Positions 1 to 15,813 are shown, numbered from the stretch's first letter. The stretch is DNA of 64,000 nucleotides from Eledone cirrhosa (GCA_964016885.1 OZ024742.1:344348001-344412000); one strand, 5' to 3'. The notes: generated from the sequence alone by a model not told the origin. Numbers and translations: made by a program.

Positions 1-365
1 GATGGAGAGAGAGGTGCTGCACCCCAGCCGTTTTTATGAAAGATGGGTGAAAGTGGCGAGAATGGCCCGTGTGAATGGGCCTTCACTCTACATCAGACTA
101 TAGGTGAGGAAGATGAAAGACCAAGGGAGCACCCCTTCTCTGTGCTCCTGAGGAGAAGGGTTGCACACTTTTTTTCGGGGGTGTGTGCGACCCCCCAAGG
201 CGCCTCCTCTCTATTGAGGACTTTGTTATACATTTTATTTTTTGTTATATTTTATTTTATTTTTATATATTGTTATTGCCTCCTCCTTATTGAGGACGCC
301 TTGTTTTGTAAACTCCCCCCATTGTACTTGTCCCACTTTTGTTGCCCTGGTGGCAAATAAAAGAA
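1..365 (+). mobile_element. 3' end of Tx1/L1-clade LINE (ORF2 C-terminus plus 3' UTR)
   Basis: Frame from nt 2 reads MEREVLHPSRFYERWVKVARMARVNGPSLYIRL*, matching the ORF2 ends at 57030-57128 and 62745-62848. The UTR ends ccctggtggcaaataaaagaaa, like 57368-57390 and 63076-63098. Confidence 0.85.
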
Positions 366-847
366 ATCTATCTATATATATGTGTGTGTTGGTGCGTGTA
401 TATATATATATATGTATATATGTACATGTGTGTGTGTCTGTATGGTTGCGTGTATATATGTATATATATACACACACGTGTGTGTGTGTTCGAGCACGCG
501 CCTTTGTGTGGATTTACAAAAACCGCAATGGCTGAGATGAGTCTTTATTAATTCAGTAATATATTTTTTAGTAACCTCCTCTATGGAGACAAAACATTTT
601 CCTTTAAATATATCAACATTTATAGCAGGTTTCGATCAGTTTGATCAGTGATTAAGACGACGTAATTTAAATATAGATATACTAATATATATATCATATG
701 TGAATATGAGGTTAATTGTCAGCAAAACTTAGAATTTTATAGAATACAAGTATGTTCCTATATTCCTAGATTCCTGTATTCCTATATTTGTTCACCTTTA
801 GTATTATTCTATATTCATATTCATATTATTCTATATTCATACATATA

Positions 848-1062
848 TGGCTTAGTGGTTATGGCTTAGTGGTTAGAGTAATATCTTCCAATCGGAAGGT
901 TGTGAATTCGATTCTCACAACTTTGTGTCCTTGAACAAGACACTTTATTTCACGTTCCTCCAATTTACTCAGCTGTAGAAATGAGTTGTAACGTCACAGG
1001 TGTCAAGCCTTTTCCATTGGACATCGTCGGAGAGGGGAGGCTGGCATGCATGGGCGACTGCT
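848..1062 (+). mobile_element. tRNA-derived SINE with CORE-like central domain
   Basis: A-box tggcttagtggttag, B-box-like gaattcgattc, then gtgtccttgaacaagacactttatttcacg...ctcagctgtagaaatg. Related copies at 33982-34120, 34240-34410 and 41055-41160. Confidence 0.75.
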
Positions 1063-1249
1063 CGTCTTCCACAAACAACCACCTAATAGAATATTAGTCT
1101 ACGACTTCATTTATACCGTAAACGTGGTTTTGTCTTTGCGTGTAATTGTTTTCACCGCTCCAAATTATGACGTATTATCATTGTCTTTATCCATTCTTTG
1201 CCAGGGAACGTTTCCACGAACCAAAGTATCGTCTTCCTGTCTTCCTTTG

Positions 1250-1363
1250 GTTGCAACGTTTTTTGAAATATTTACTTCTGGGTTCACAGATTGATTTTTT
1301 TAGTTTCAGAAGATCCCGTTAAGGGTGAAAGCAGCGATTATTTGCTTAAACTTTAATCTGTTA

Positions 1364-1370
<7 letters not shown>
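1250..1370. repeat. Dispersed repeat abutting (TA)n
   Basis: Reverse-complement copy at 36245-36362, which also ends at a (TA)n tract. Confidence 0.75.
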
Positions 1371-1847
<477 letters not shown>

Positions 1848-1848
<1 letters not shown>

Positions 1849-2060
1849 CTGTGTTTACAAACAAACAAACCGAGCATTATAATAAATGTTCGGTAAACCG
1901 ATACGTGCATATATATATATATGTGTGCATGTATGTATATATATATACATACTACTGTACGTCTGTATACATATATGTATGTACGTATACATACATACAT
2001 TCTTGCATCTAAGTAAGTGCCGTACTAAGAGTGAGAAATGAAATTTCGTTTCATTCTATT

Positions 2061-2063
<3 letters not shown>
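1848..2063 (+). repeat. Fragment of hammerhead repeat family C (ribozyme not included)
   Basis: Near-identical to 29390-29594; flanked by (TA)n on both sides. Confidence 0.85.
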
Positions 2064-2133
<70 letters not shown>

Positions 2134-2254
2134 CGTATGTGGATGACGGGTAAGACAAACAGGTTCCTGCTGGCCGTTTTGCGGTAGAACTCGGACTGAA
2201 ATCAAGTAGATCGAGGGTACCGGAGTCGGTGTGATGTTCGATGCTGAGATGTTA

Positions 2255-2530
2255 ATAACTTGCTTTTATTATCAGCACTGTTGAAAGATTCGAAAATATA
2301 GGGACAATTATATCACTTCCAAGGTAACTCTATCTCGTGTTTTTATTTTTACACTATTTCCTACATTCCTCTACACCCCATACGTCTCATTCTACATTTC
2401 CTGTTACATCTCTCCCTTCATCACCGGGTTCTGTTACCCGGAAATTTACCCATCTACATTGTTGAGGCTTCCAAAACCACCAATTATATTATTCCACAAT
2501 GCTTCAAGCAAACTTCAACACTCTCTCTTA
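2255..2530. repeat. Dispersed repeat ending at (TA)n
   Basis: Diverged reverse-complement copy at 49520-49810 (shared ccaaggtaactct...ttccacaatgcttcaagcaaacttcaa). Confidence 0.75.
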
Positions 2531-2559
2531 TATATATAATTGGTAACTTTGATAACTTT

Positions 2560-4390
2560 GATTGGTTTCAGCCAGTATTGGCCCAGGCCATGTCTAACTT
2601 AATAGCACCACCTGGCGAAGTCTTTCAAATCAGGATTTGGACCCCATGGCCCACTCAAGTAGAGAGTTATTGTTTACGGAGACAAATCCGGATGTAGGAG
2701 GTTTATCCGGGATCTCGTGAAGGAATTTGTCCAAAGACTTCTTGAACTTTATGGGATCTGTTTCCATTTTAATGTGTTTTGGTGTAATGCTAAGGAGAGC
2801 GGGGCCAATTGAGGTGAAATAATTGTGCCGTATTGTTGTTATGAGATGCGAGTGTGTTTTTTTTGTGGGCGGATAGCACGAGGCCCAAGCCTTGGGTGTA
2901 TTTTAAAGGTGATGCCAACATCATTTGGGCAATGCGGATGGAATATTTCCCGCAGATAATGTAGCTCACACGGTGACGTTGCAGAGAATAAAGCTTGAGC
3001 TTTTCTAGTCGACTCCAATAGTCAAGGCCTGTCATACCATCTATCATTTTTGTAATTGACGTTTGAGGTGCTCCAGTTTTCATGATACTCTTTTCGTGTG
3101 GGGAGACCACAGTGGACAACAGTATTCAAGGTGCAGTATTCAAATTTGGAGGAGAGAAGTATAACAGTGTGGATATCTCTCGACTGGAAGGTTATGAGAA
3201 TCCAAGAACAGATTCTGCGCGCCATGTCAACTTTGCTGTTTATATGAATGATCCAGCTTATGTTGTTGTCCACAATTATTCCCAAGTCTCTGATGTTGTT
3301 GGATGCCACGAGAGTTTCACCTGAAGGAAGAGAGTATGGGAGTTTCAGGGCATCCTCTTTCCCAAAGTGGATAAGCTCAAATTTATCCTCGTTCAACAGC
3401 ATATTGTTCTTTTCCGCCTATTGATAACAGCCAGTAGGTCTGACTGAGGCAAGTCCGGTCACCCACCTCATTGATGACCATTTGGAGCCTGGAATCATCT
3501 GCGAAGATTCTTATGTTGCTCTGCTTGATGATGTCAGTAAGGTCATTAATGTAGATGTTGAAAAGAAATGCGCCCAACACAGTGCCTGGTGGGACGCCAC
3601 TGCTGACTTTGGCGTGGCTTGATTTTACTCCTTCGACTACAACATGTTGGGCCCTGTCTGTGAGGAAACACTTGATCCACTGTCGTAACTTTCCAGATAC
3701 ACCAATGTTGGATAGTGTTTTCTATAGAATCATATGATCTACCTTGTCAAAGGCCTTGCTGAAATCAAGGTAGATGACATCAGTGTTGGAGCCCTCTCCC
3801 AAAGCTCTCAAAATATCATCAAATTGATGCAGGAGCTGCGTTAGGCAGTCCCTTCCATTACGGAACCCATGTTTGTTGATATAAGAGGTGAGTGAGAGCA
3901 GATGATAGTTCACTGCAAGGGACTTGTTTCCCTTTTTGAAAACTGGGACAACAGACTGGGACAGAAAGTTTTCAGGAATATAGCCAGTATCCAGTGAGTT
4001 CCTCCATAGATTATCAAGAGGAGTTGCAAGTTGGTGTCGACACACCTTCAGGACACAAGCAGGGAACCTATCGGTGCCTACTGCTGAATTGTGTTTAATT
4101 TCGTTTATTGCCGCTAAGAAACCAACGACGCCAAACGTTATGTCCGATATAGTGTGTTGGGGATTAACATCACTGATACAGCCCAGATCGGCCATATCAG
4201 GATTGCTGAAAACAGAACAGTATTGTTTCTACAATATCTCACCCATGGCTTTGGCATTATCTTGGAGTGTGCTATTTTCACCAATTAGAGGGCCAACAGT
4301 GGAGACAGTGACCTTGTGTTTTTTCACAAATGAAAAAAACACTTTGGAGATGAGGTTGATTTTATCAATAGAATGCCTTCAATGTTTTCA
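2560..4390 (-). mobile_element. Decayed CR1-like LINE, RT and C-terminal region
   Basis: Broken ORFs with VVPVFKKGNK, HGFRNGRDCLTQLL, DVIYLDFSKAFDKVDH, IFADDS, IRDLGIIVDNNISW and KLYSLQR. Confidence 0.85.
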
Positions 4391-4524
4391 GTGAAAGCGG
4401 GAAGCCTACTTGTTAGGTTGCTGAATTCATGTAAATAAATATTTTTATAGCCTTGCTATTAAATTTGGAAATCCACCACTTCTAAAATTCATATGATGGC
4501 TCCAAAAATGTTTATTTACACAGC

Positions 4525-4589
<65 letters not shown>

Positions 4590-4610
4590 TATATATATAT
4601 ATATATATAT

Positions 4611-6670
<2,060 letters not shown>

Positions 6671-6872
6671 ATATATATATATATATATAATTTTTATCTT
6701 TTTGTTAAATTAAAATGATACCGTAATGAACCATGCGTTCTTACATTCTATACAGATTATCTCCTGTTAAAGTTGATATGTTCTATTGTACGTTTATATC
6801 ATTATTTATATATATATATATATATAACATTTTTAAGTCAAATATGTAAAATTTGGCTTCGTTTATTATAAA

Positions 6873-7685
6873 CTAGCAGTAAAGCCCGGCGTTGCTCGGG
6901 GTAGCTCAGTAGCTGTGTTAAAGTTACAATGTTAAGTTTCTTTTTTGGCTTAAAGTCTGTCTGCACGACTGTCTGTCTGCACGCCTAACGAAATTTACAG
7001 ATACATATATTTTAAATAAACTTATATAATTTTTGCTTTTTTTTAAGAAATATTTGCTTGTTTTACGTAGTCTTTAAATAGACTTGTTTTCAAGTAAAAA
7101 TATTGTTTTAAAAGGCTTTTAAATGGAAATGAAGCAAAACGGAAGCTTAGTGTTCGAACTGATGAATTTTGCAGGTCAAAATTTTGCTGGCTCGACAACT
7201 GTTCGTGTATTGTGTTAATGTCATTTTAAACGCTGAGAAAGCCAGCGTAATTTTTTTAATTTTTGCACGCAGAAAATGTAAACAGAACGTAACACGCTCA
7301 ATGTAAACAGAACAAAGGGAAATAACTCGTCACTTACGCTCAAAAATCGATACATTAGATTCGATTTCGTCACATAGGGTGGGTCAATTTGAAATATTTT
7401 TTTTCCGATGTCTTCGCTAGGGCTCAATGTACAAGTATAGCAATTTCGTCAGAGGAGATGTGTGCCAAAAATCGATAGACAGACAGACAACCACAGCTTT
7501 ATATATATATAGATGACACAATCAAAAACATAAACTTATTTGAAAATGTATTTGACCGATGGTTCCGCCGGACCTTCATCTATAAGTGTAGCAATTTCAC
7601 TGAAATTTGAACGTACGGTTTAAGAGGAGATGTGTGCCGAAGGTTTTAGTAGACAGACAGACAACCTCAGTTTTATATATATAGA
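6873..7685 (-). mobile_element. Non-autonomous Helitron-like element with duplicated 5' end
   Basis: CTAG plus cccggcgttgctcggg hairpin at 6873-6900. (ACAG)n..tttatatatatagat termini (TC start on the minus strand) at 7513 and 7685. Confidence 0.7.
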
Positions 7686-7696
7686 TTATAGATATA

Positions 7697-7750
7697 TTGG
7701 TATATATATTTCGGTGACAGCCATCATTGGCTGTGACCTCTTCAGGCAGT
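7697..7750 (-). ncRNA. Type I hammerhead ribozyme motif (stem I imperfect)
   Basis: Minus strand: tgc CTGAAGA ggtcacagcc aatgat ggctgtcacc GAAA tatata TA cca. Confidence 0.65.
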
Positions 7751-7999
7751 CCGAATTGGTGAGGGAAAGACAGGTATACATGTTGTTGAAGTGTGTTTTA
7801 CTCCGTCAATACATCGATATGTCCAGCTCCTGGTTGTGTTGTAATTTCTCTGAGGAACCGGAATCATATGAGTTAGAACAAATGAATTTCGGCCGCACAC
7901 TAACCATGACTCAACATAATATTAACCACCTTTGCCTTGCCTCATGCTCTCTCATCTTAATGCATTTGTTTTATAAAATGTAACCCTTTGTAAGTCCAA

Positions 8000-8720
8000 A
8001 TTTTATAAATATCATGTCGCATCCTTCACCCCCACTAAAAGACACATCGCCATACACCTCTCATCTTAGTACCATTGTGTTCTATCTGTCCTCTCTGTCA
8101 GGTTTTACCTTGTAATCCATAGTAGCATCCAATCCTGTAAATATAATGTCGATCATATCACCCCATCGCCACCCCCACCCCCACCACACACATCGCTATA
8201 TGTCTACCATCCCACATCTACCAACCTTGTTCCCCCATGTTCCCTCTGTCTTTTATAACCTACAATCCTTCGTAAAATTCGATCCTATAAATATTCTGTC
8301 GCACACACCACCATCACCACCTCCAAATACATCTCCATACTTCAACAACCATTAACATCATTAACATCACCAACACATATCATCCCTCCCTCTCAGAACC
8401 ACTGTGTTATATCTGCCCTCTTTGTCAGGTTTTAACTTATAAACCACCGTAACATCCGATCATGTAAATATATTGTTGGACATACCACCCCATCGCCACC
8501 ACCACCACCACCACTACCACACACATCGCTATATGTTCACAGCCTTGTTTTCCCCGTGTTCCCTATGTCACTTTTTAACCTGTAACCCATCGTATAATTC
8601 GATCCTGTGTATTTTTTGTCGCACACAACACCTCCACCGCCACCACAAGGCACATCTCCATACTTCAACAATCATTAACATCATTAACATCACCAACACA
8701 TATCTTCCCTCTCTAAACAA
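8000..8720. repeat. Old diverged tandem repeat, ~160 bp monomers in ~325 bp dimers
   Basis: acc.ttgt..tc..ctgtc..ttt.acct.taa.cc..cgta..atcc.t.aaatat recurs at ~8070, 8225, 8398 and 8545. Confidence 0.6.
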
Positions 8721-9236
8721 CGCAAGTGTGTCTGTGTGTAAGTATGTTTATATGTACAACGCCATCTCCATTGGCTCTCCCCCTCCCTCTATCTATGTAC
8801 TACGCCATCTCCACTAACTCTCTCCCCCTCTCTCTCTCTATATATATATACACAAATGTGTATATATACAACGTTTTTGTCAGACTAAGTGTGTCTGTGT
8901 ATGTATCTCCTTATTGTATTTGACACCACCTACACATCCATTACACCACCATAAACACCATTACCACAAACAACAACACCACACTCACACCACACACAAA
9001 AACCAGCCACAAATATACGCCAATCTGTCTACCGACAATCCACCACCCCCATACCACCGACCTTCTCAGCCTGCGACCGTCACCACCATCTTATCATCAC
9101 ATCCACCCCCACATACACTACAGGCTAAAATATCCCTATGATCTATTCCACCAATCAAAACAATCTTTATTGACCAACATATGAATTTCTGACTTTATCA
9201 TATAGCATGTATTAATTTTCCACTAGCATTTTAAGG

Positions 9237-9476
9237 GGTCTGTCGAGCTGCAGATTACAGAGTCGGGTAAGATCGATATCGATCGAACCTTGAGCTTATC
9301 AGTGGCGAAACCCGCGTCACCAACCAATAAATGTAATGAAGGAGTAACCAATCGTCCTTGTTATCCTTTCAATATAATACACTCTGTATAGCTCTACACC
9401 TCGACACAGAAGTGAACCTAAACATCGAGTGCTAACCCGGGTGAACCTTCAGTAACTTCAAGTTACACTCCCTGGA
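9237..9476 (+). mobile_element. Short hammerhead-bearing unit, family E
   Basis: ggt CTGTCGA gctgc..gtggc GAAA cccgcg TC acc (9237-9321). Second copy at 25860-26168. Ends at (TA)n. Confidence 0.7.
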
Positions 9477-9539
9477 TATATATATATATATATTCATATA
9501 TTGACGAGGCTATAGGAAGTATATCCGCTACTATCTGGG

Positions 9540-9760
<221 letters not shown>

Positions 9761-9854
9761 ATATACAATATACAAATGGAAGTTTAATAAAATCGAAGTT
9801 TTGGCTGTGGCCAAGCTAACGATATACAAGTATATATATATATATATATATATA

Positions 9855-10600
9855 TGACCTTTTTAACTTATGTTTATAGCTCTGGTATCTTCTTCAGTTC
9901 CATGGAGCGCTTGTCAGCACAATATGGAAGTTGCGTTTCGCTAATTTCTACCCGCCAAAATGCGATTCTCGCTAAATTATATTTGTATTAATCTTCCAAG
10001 TCAAGCGATTAACCAGTTAATTTTATTTGGCTTTTTAGTTATTCTATTGACTGATTAATCGCTTAAGTTTATTTTAAAACGACTCGGTAGAGAGCTTAAT
10101 TCGTTTTGTGCGGTTTTTGCAAATTTTTGCAATAACTACACATGCTGAATTCACTGGCCAAAATAGGGGTTTTCTCCCCTTAGATTCTCGCATGTGCTTT
10201 CATAACCTGCAAGAGTCTGCCGACAGAAGAACAAAAGTCCGTTGAGAAAGCGATGCCTTATTCGGTCTCTATACCAAAAGCTTATTTTTATAAGCAGACA
10301 GTATTATTGATTTAGGCGTTGCAGAAACCCACTTTCGGAGCATTCCATCTTCCAAGAAGGGTCCGGGTAAATATCACAATATATCTCATTTTGTTTGACC
10401 CGTTTTAGCTTGTTCGCTTTTTTGGTTATGGTGGTTAATGGCTTCTTAACCATCGTATCAGCGTGTATGACCTTTTTAACTTATGTTTATAGCTCTGGTA
10501 TCTTCTTCAGTTCCATGGAGCGCTTGTCAGCACAATATGGAAGTTGCGTTTCGCTAATTTCTACCCGCCGAAATGCGATTCTCGCTAAATTATATTTATA
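9855..10600. repeat. ~1.2-unit tandem element, period ~613 bp, between (TA)n tracts
   Basis: ~130 bp direct repeats at 9855-9987 and 10468-10598. Confidence 0.8.
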
Positions 10601-10694
10601 TATATATATGTAAGGGAGATAAGCGATAAGCTGACAGATCTCTGTTTCATACTGTGTATTACCAAATACACTATATATACATTCATATATATAT

Positions 10695-10868
10695 AAAACG
10701 AAGGAAGTGTGGTAAGGAACCAGATGGACCATAACGCACCAGAGTACTCAATACTTAGGGTAGTAGAGTGGGTAATAGGGAAATATTTGACCCCGACGGC
10801 AGTGCTCAGTCCAGAAATAGCCGTCGAAACGGCTTGAGCTCTGCCGTCGGGGTAAAACATTTTCCTAT
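10695..10868. mobile_element. Fold-back fragment of Penelope pseudo-LTR family A
   Basis: accccgacggcag..ctgccgtcggggt inverted pair; the rest matches the reverse complement of 14050-14135. Confidence 0.75.
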
Positions 10869-11648
10869 ATATATATATTTGTATTAAAACAACTTAACGA
10901 CTTTTTAACCGCCTAATAACTATTAATGGAACTCGCACATAAAGCAAACTCTAATATTTCTTAATAGAAAATTTAAAGATAGGAATGCATAGTATAATAT
11001 ACTTCCTATAACAACATGGCCTGTAATTCGGTGGAATTAATCTTTACCAAACACATACCTATAAACTATACACATCTCAATAAAATTATATCTAAAACTA
11101 AGAAAATTCCATGCTTAATACATCTGTGTTAGGCCCAATTTATACATCTATATACGAACTCCAATATAAAAACACTTGAGTGAAAATTACCTATCTTACT
11201 CAATCACGTGCTTTGCATTACATCTCACATAACATATACCTATCATATAACCACATGTCTCCCTACCATATAGCACGCCATTTTCAAAAATTGAAACATT
11301 TCTAATACTTGTAACGTGGTTTTATATTCTACATGAACTATATTTGTTTCAGCTATAATATAACTCTTACCTCATACATGGCTAATTGATTGTATTGACT
11401 CTTGCATTATATACCCTTAACATTACCTGATTTCCAATGCTATGATATTTTCTATCTACGTTACACTTTTTTTGCTTGTTCCTTTTGCACATCTATTACC
11501 TTAAACAATACCTTTATACATAATATGCTTATTTTTCAATTTTCACCATTGCTCCTTGTAATTGTGTTTTCTGAAGCATAACATTCTTTTTTAACTCCTG
11601 ATTTTCTATATGTCTATGACACTGACAACAGTTATGTATCTACCTAAA

Positions 11649-11740
11649 TGTTCTGAAAACTAGGATTTTAATCACCTGTTTAAACATTCCCTATGCTCCG
11701 ATGGTTCTAGACATCCCTCTGGAAGAAACAATTGTCAGCA
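11649..11740 (+). ncRNA. Degenerate type I hammerhead with long stem II insert
   Basis: tgtt CTGAAAA ... GAAA caattg TC agca, followed by aataaa and (TA)n. G8 is replaced by A. Confidence 0.5.
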
Positions 11741-11780
11741 AATAAATATATTAAACTAAGATTTGATTGTTTTAATATTT

Positions 11781-11814
<34 letters not shown>

Positions 11815-11816
<2 letters not shown>

Positions 11817-12740
11817 CAAGGTCTATCTAGCAAATAGAGAAAAAGTTTTAAAATAAATTTTAAAAAATTGCTGTACTCACTATATGTGCCTTTACCGCGG
11901 TTTCAAGTTCCAGAATAAACGGATAATCCAAGCGGACTTCCATTGAGAAGGGAACCATCCTCAGAAGGCTCTTCTCACTCGGAGAATATAAAATTCCTGA
12001 GTTCAAATCACAAACTGACGCCATACAAAACCATTCCCAGATGAGAGTGGATGATAGAAGAAATAATTCTGTCTGGTGCCGTGTACAAGGATAAAAGGCA
12101 GGGTGGACAGGTCAATGTCCTGCCACTAGAAATGGCAGCAGTCCAAACGGCCAATTGTTAATTTATTAACCCGCCATAGAACCACATTGGCATACGGTTG
12201 GATAATACTTGTATCCCTATATGTATTTTTTACACGTAGGAATTCATACTTTATTATTATTAATCTCCCCTAAGGTAGAGATAAAACTTGGCCGTTTGGA
12301 CTGCTGCTATTTCTAGTGGCAGGACATTGACCTGTCCACCCTGTCTTTTGTCTTTGCACACGGTACCAGACAGAATTATTTCTTCTATCATCCACTCTCA
12401 TCTGTGAATGGTTTTGTATGGCGTCAGTTTGTGATTTGAACTCAGGAATTTTATATTCTTCGAGTGAGAAGAGCCTTCTGAGGATGGTTCCCTTCTCAAT
12501 GAAAGTCCGCTTGGATTATCCGTTTATTCTGGAACTTGAAACCGCGGTAAAGGCACATATAGTAAGTACAGCGAATTTTTCAAAATTTATTTTAAAACTT
12601 TTTCTCTATTTGCTAGAGCTTGATTTTATATGTTCTGGTTGTTAATTTATTAACCCGCCATAGAATCACATTGGCATACGGTTGGATAATACTTGTATCG
12701 CTATATGTATTTTTTACACGTAGGAATTCATACTTTATAT
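11815..12740. mobile_element. Inverted pair of hammerhead-bearing pseudo-LTR-like units
   Basis: 11815-12153 is the reverse complement of ~12290-12625. An extra direct repeat lies at 12155-12255/12640-12738. Hammerheads at 11888-11969 (-) and 12473-12554 (+). Confidence 0.85.
12473..12554 (+). ncRNA. Type I hammerhead ribozyme, intact core
   Basis: gcctt CTGAGGA tggttcc..ggaactt GAAA ccgcgg TA aaggc. Stem I is 5 bp and stem III is the palindrome ACCGCGGT. Confidence 0.8.
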
Positions 12741-12749
12741 ATATATATA

Positions 12750-14135
12750 TAGGAAAAGAGTCAAGACCCCGACGGAAGTGCTCAAGCCGTTTCGACGGTT
12801 ATTTCTGGACTAAATTAAATTTTTAGCGTCGTGCTGATATAGCCGAACTCTATTGGTAGATCACGTTACGTTCTCGCCGAGAACGCAACGTGATCTACCA
12901 ATGCAACGTGAGGACGGAAAACTCCAACACAGCCTATATAGGATTAACCGCCTGTCACTTTAAGACCAGGCTCTTACAACACCGACATACGTTCAGAAAC
13001 TCAGTCCAGCGACATGCCATTACACTTTCGGGCCACATCCCGGACCTCCAAGATATTAATATCACATACCATCTTAGTTGGAGCTTACTTTCCAGGGCTA
13101 ACTCCTACTCAGGAGGACGCCGTCCGTGTAACTTATGCTCGGAGGAAACGATACAAATGCTGTTTACGAAGGACGAACTCCTAAACAAAAAAGACTTGTA
13201 ACCGCATCTAGACACCGATTATGTAGGACTTACCTCGCCTTCAATACCCCCCCCCCCCCACGACCCGGGTGGGTAGACAATGGCTGTAACATCTTTCTTT
13301 TCCTCACTTGCCGAACAAAATAGGGGAAACTCCGGCATACATAGGTAGATGTAATACTTTTCTTTTTTTTCTCCCTTCAACTCTTCTTCTCACTTCATTC
13401 CACTCCCTCTCCTCTTCCTTTTCCCTTTTCCTCTTTCGTTTACCCTGAGGCAGCCCATCGGGTTTTTGTAGCCTCAGTACCCCCACCCCCGTGAAATCTA
13501 TATAGCATTGGCTGAAAACACAACACCAGCTAAAAATATAGCAGCTGTTTTCTTTTTTAGGAGGGTGCATCGTTAGTGATATTTTACCGTTGAGATGAAG
13601 CGCTGGGGTACTGAATTATTATTCCCGGTTTTCTTGTTTTAGACTCTAGTCTTTTAAATTTAATAATTTCCCATTTTCAGATTCCCGTATGATTCTATTT
13701 TCGCTTGCTTTCTAGCCAGACTACTTTATCCACACTCCTTAGAATTTGGTGTATAGAATTTACTTTTAACACTTGACCGGCTTCACCCACTCCCTCTTTG
13801 TTCTACAGGCATGTTCAGCAACTCCCCACCCACTACGCGCCGCCATGAAAGATTTAACTGTGTTTGCAAGGAATTTCGACCACTCCTTTTGACAACAACA
13901 ACCTTCAGAAATGCCTGATTATCGCATGCCCCTATACGGAATTACCCCTTGAAGAGTTCGGCTGTATCAGCACCACGCTAAAAGTTTAATTTAGTCCAGA
14001 AACAACCATCGAAACGGCTTGAGCTCTGCCGTCGGGGTCTTGACTCCTGTCCTATTACCCACTCTACTACCCAAAGTATCGAGTACTCTGGTGCGTCATG
14101 CTACACCTGGTTCCTTACAACACTTCCTTCATTAT
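12750..14135 (+). mobile_element. 5'-truncated Penelope-like element (GIY-YIG, 3' UTR, pseudo-LTR family A) with inverted 5' pLTR piece
   Basis: GIY-YIG ORF at 12890-13201 and hammerhead at 13944-14038. 12750-12850 is the reverse complement of 13953-14052. (TA)n on both sides. Confidence 0.85.
12890..13201 (+). pseudogene. Penelope-type GIY-YIG endonuclease fragment (probably Nematis-like)
   Basis: VIYQC..AYIGLT..FKTRLLQH..LSW..CNLCSEE..LLNK, homologous to 48700-49085. Confidence 0.85.
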
Positions 14136-14466
14136 ATATATATATATAAGTAAAAGTTGTATTTAATTTGTTGGAAGTCCGACAAACATAAATGTTTATA
14201 ACTGATTTAGAGCACTCAAAAAATAATATTCAGTGAATTCCCAACCGATAAGGTATGATTTTCATGGGTACGTCTCTATTTATAAAACAAACTTTGTATT
14301 TTATCTGATGAAAGCGTACCCATGTTGTCTTGGTTTCTTGGTTGCCTTTGAAATATATATAATAAAAATAAATATGGTTTTATAAATATAGTTTCCATTT
14401 ATTTAATATCATTGTATATATATATAAAGAAATAGGATTTCGCTTCAAGCGTAGCTTTATACAATA

Positions 14467-15703
14467 CTAGCATTAAAGCCCGGCGTTGCTCGGAGTCAGT
14501 AAGTTACCAAAGTTAGGTTGCACCACCCATTTTATAGCAGCACTTTTTTGTCTGCCAGGCACTGGGTGAATGAATTGCAGACCTGGACTGCCGAAGCAGG
14601 AGCTGCGCCAGCAGTGACAATTGTAGTTTCGCCTATGGATATTATCTCTGTGCAAAGAAGTGTTGAAATTTATTGTTTCACAGTACTTGCACAACACGCG
14701 CGTAGACGATGCCAATCGAACAACAGAGCTGCGATTGAGTTGTTCTGCATGGTTGTCTAATGTGTGTTTTCTAAATTTAAGACAGTAGGGAGGAGTGTGA
14801 TATGAGGGAGAGTTAGCTGCTGTTTCTAGCAGGTTTAGTGACCTCATAGATGATATGTGTTTTCTAAATTTAAGACAGTAGGGAGTGGTGTGACAGGGGG
14901 GAGAGTTAGCTGCTGTTTCTAGCAGGTTTAGTGACCTCATAGAGGATATGTGTTTTCTAAATTTAAGACAGTAGGGAGGGGTGTGATATGGGGGAGAGTT
15001 AGCTGCTGTTTCTAGCAGGTTTAGTGACCTCATAGAGGATATGTTTTCTAAATTTAAGACAGTAGGGAGTGGTGTGATATGCAGGAGAGTTAGCTGCTGA
15101 TTCTAGCAGGTTTAGTGACCTCATAGAGGATATTATTGTGTATAGTAAATAAACTGATACTTCTTTCTTCCACGTTCGTTGAGAGGTTTTAAAAAAGATT
15201 TATCGCTATTTTTTTTTGTTGTTGAATAAATGTATCTGTTGCTTTTGAATAATTGTTGTTTCGTATGAAATGTAATAAGTTCGCTTTGTCATTGAAGTAA
15301 ATAAATGTTTGACCGTTCCACACTAAAAAACAAACGTTCTCTCTCTCTCTCTCCCTCTCACTCTCTTCTCTCTCTCTTCGGCGTTCCTAAATGAAGTTTG
15401 TAAGCTTAAGCGTATATAAGAGAAAGTTGCAGCATGTATGTAGTTTTATCGAATTTTAAGGAGAGTAGAGCGATGGTATCAGATTGTATTAGAGGGGTAA
15501 AGCGTCATGTATTTAGTTTTATCGATTATTTTCGTAATTGTGGGTGAGGTTGAATGAAATAAATAGTCGTTGACCTGAGTTAGACCATTTACAACATTCC
15601 TACAGACTTTGAGTCGAATCGGTTTGAAATTATGCAAATGTATAAACAGGGAACATGCACAGACACACACACACAACAACAATCTGCCTTTTATAGATAA
15701 TGA
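14467..15703 (-). mobile_element. Non-autonomous Helitron with exact boundaries
   Basis: Minus strand runs TC...hairpin-CTAG, inserted between A and T with no TSD. The empty site tacaata^tgtagaaatatt is visible at 16019-16038. Confidence 0.9.
14761..15131. repeat. 93 bp tandem repeat x4 inside the Helitron
   Basis: ctaaatttaagacagtaggg at 14771, 14864, 14957 and 15048. Confidence 0.95.
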
Positions 15704-15813
15704 TGTATAAATATTTCGTATCTCCAAAGAAATACGGTTTTAGGAAGCCGTAGCTATCCAAACACCGGAGGGCTAACGCCCTCTGGTGATGTCCAGGAGA
15801 AGCAAGGGGGACA

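Noticed and set aside
848-920. tRNA gene (also 33982 and 38915)
   Set aside because: The A and B boxes run into SINE body sequence and there is no complete cloverleaf.
14255-14325. CTGATGA at 14305 with an inverted cgtacccatg piece
   Set aside because: No convincing stems on either strand.
14473-15033. 186 aa repeat-protein ORF
   Set aside because: It arises from a 93 bp tandem repeat inside a non-autonomous Helitron; the fourth unit breaks the frame.
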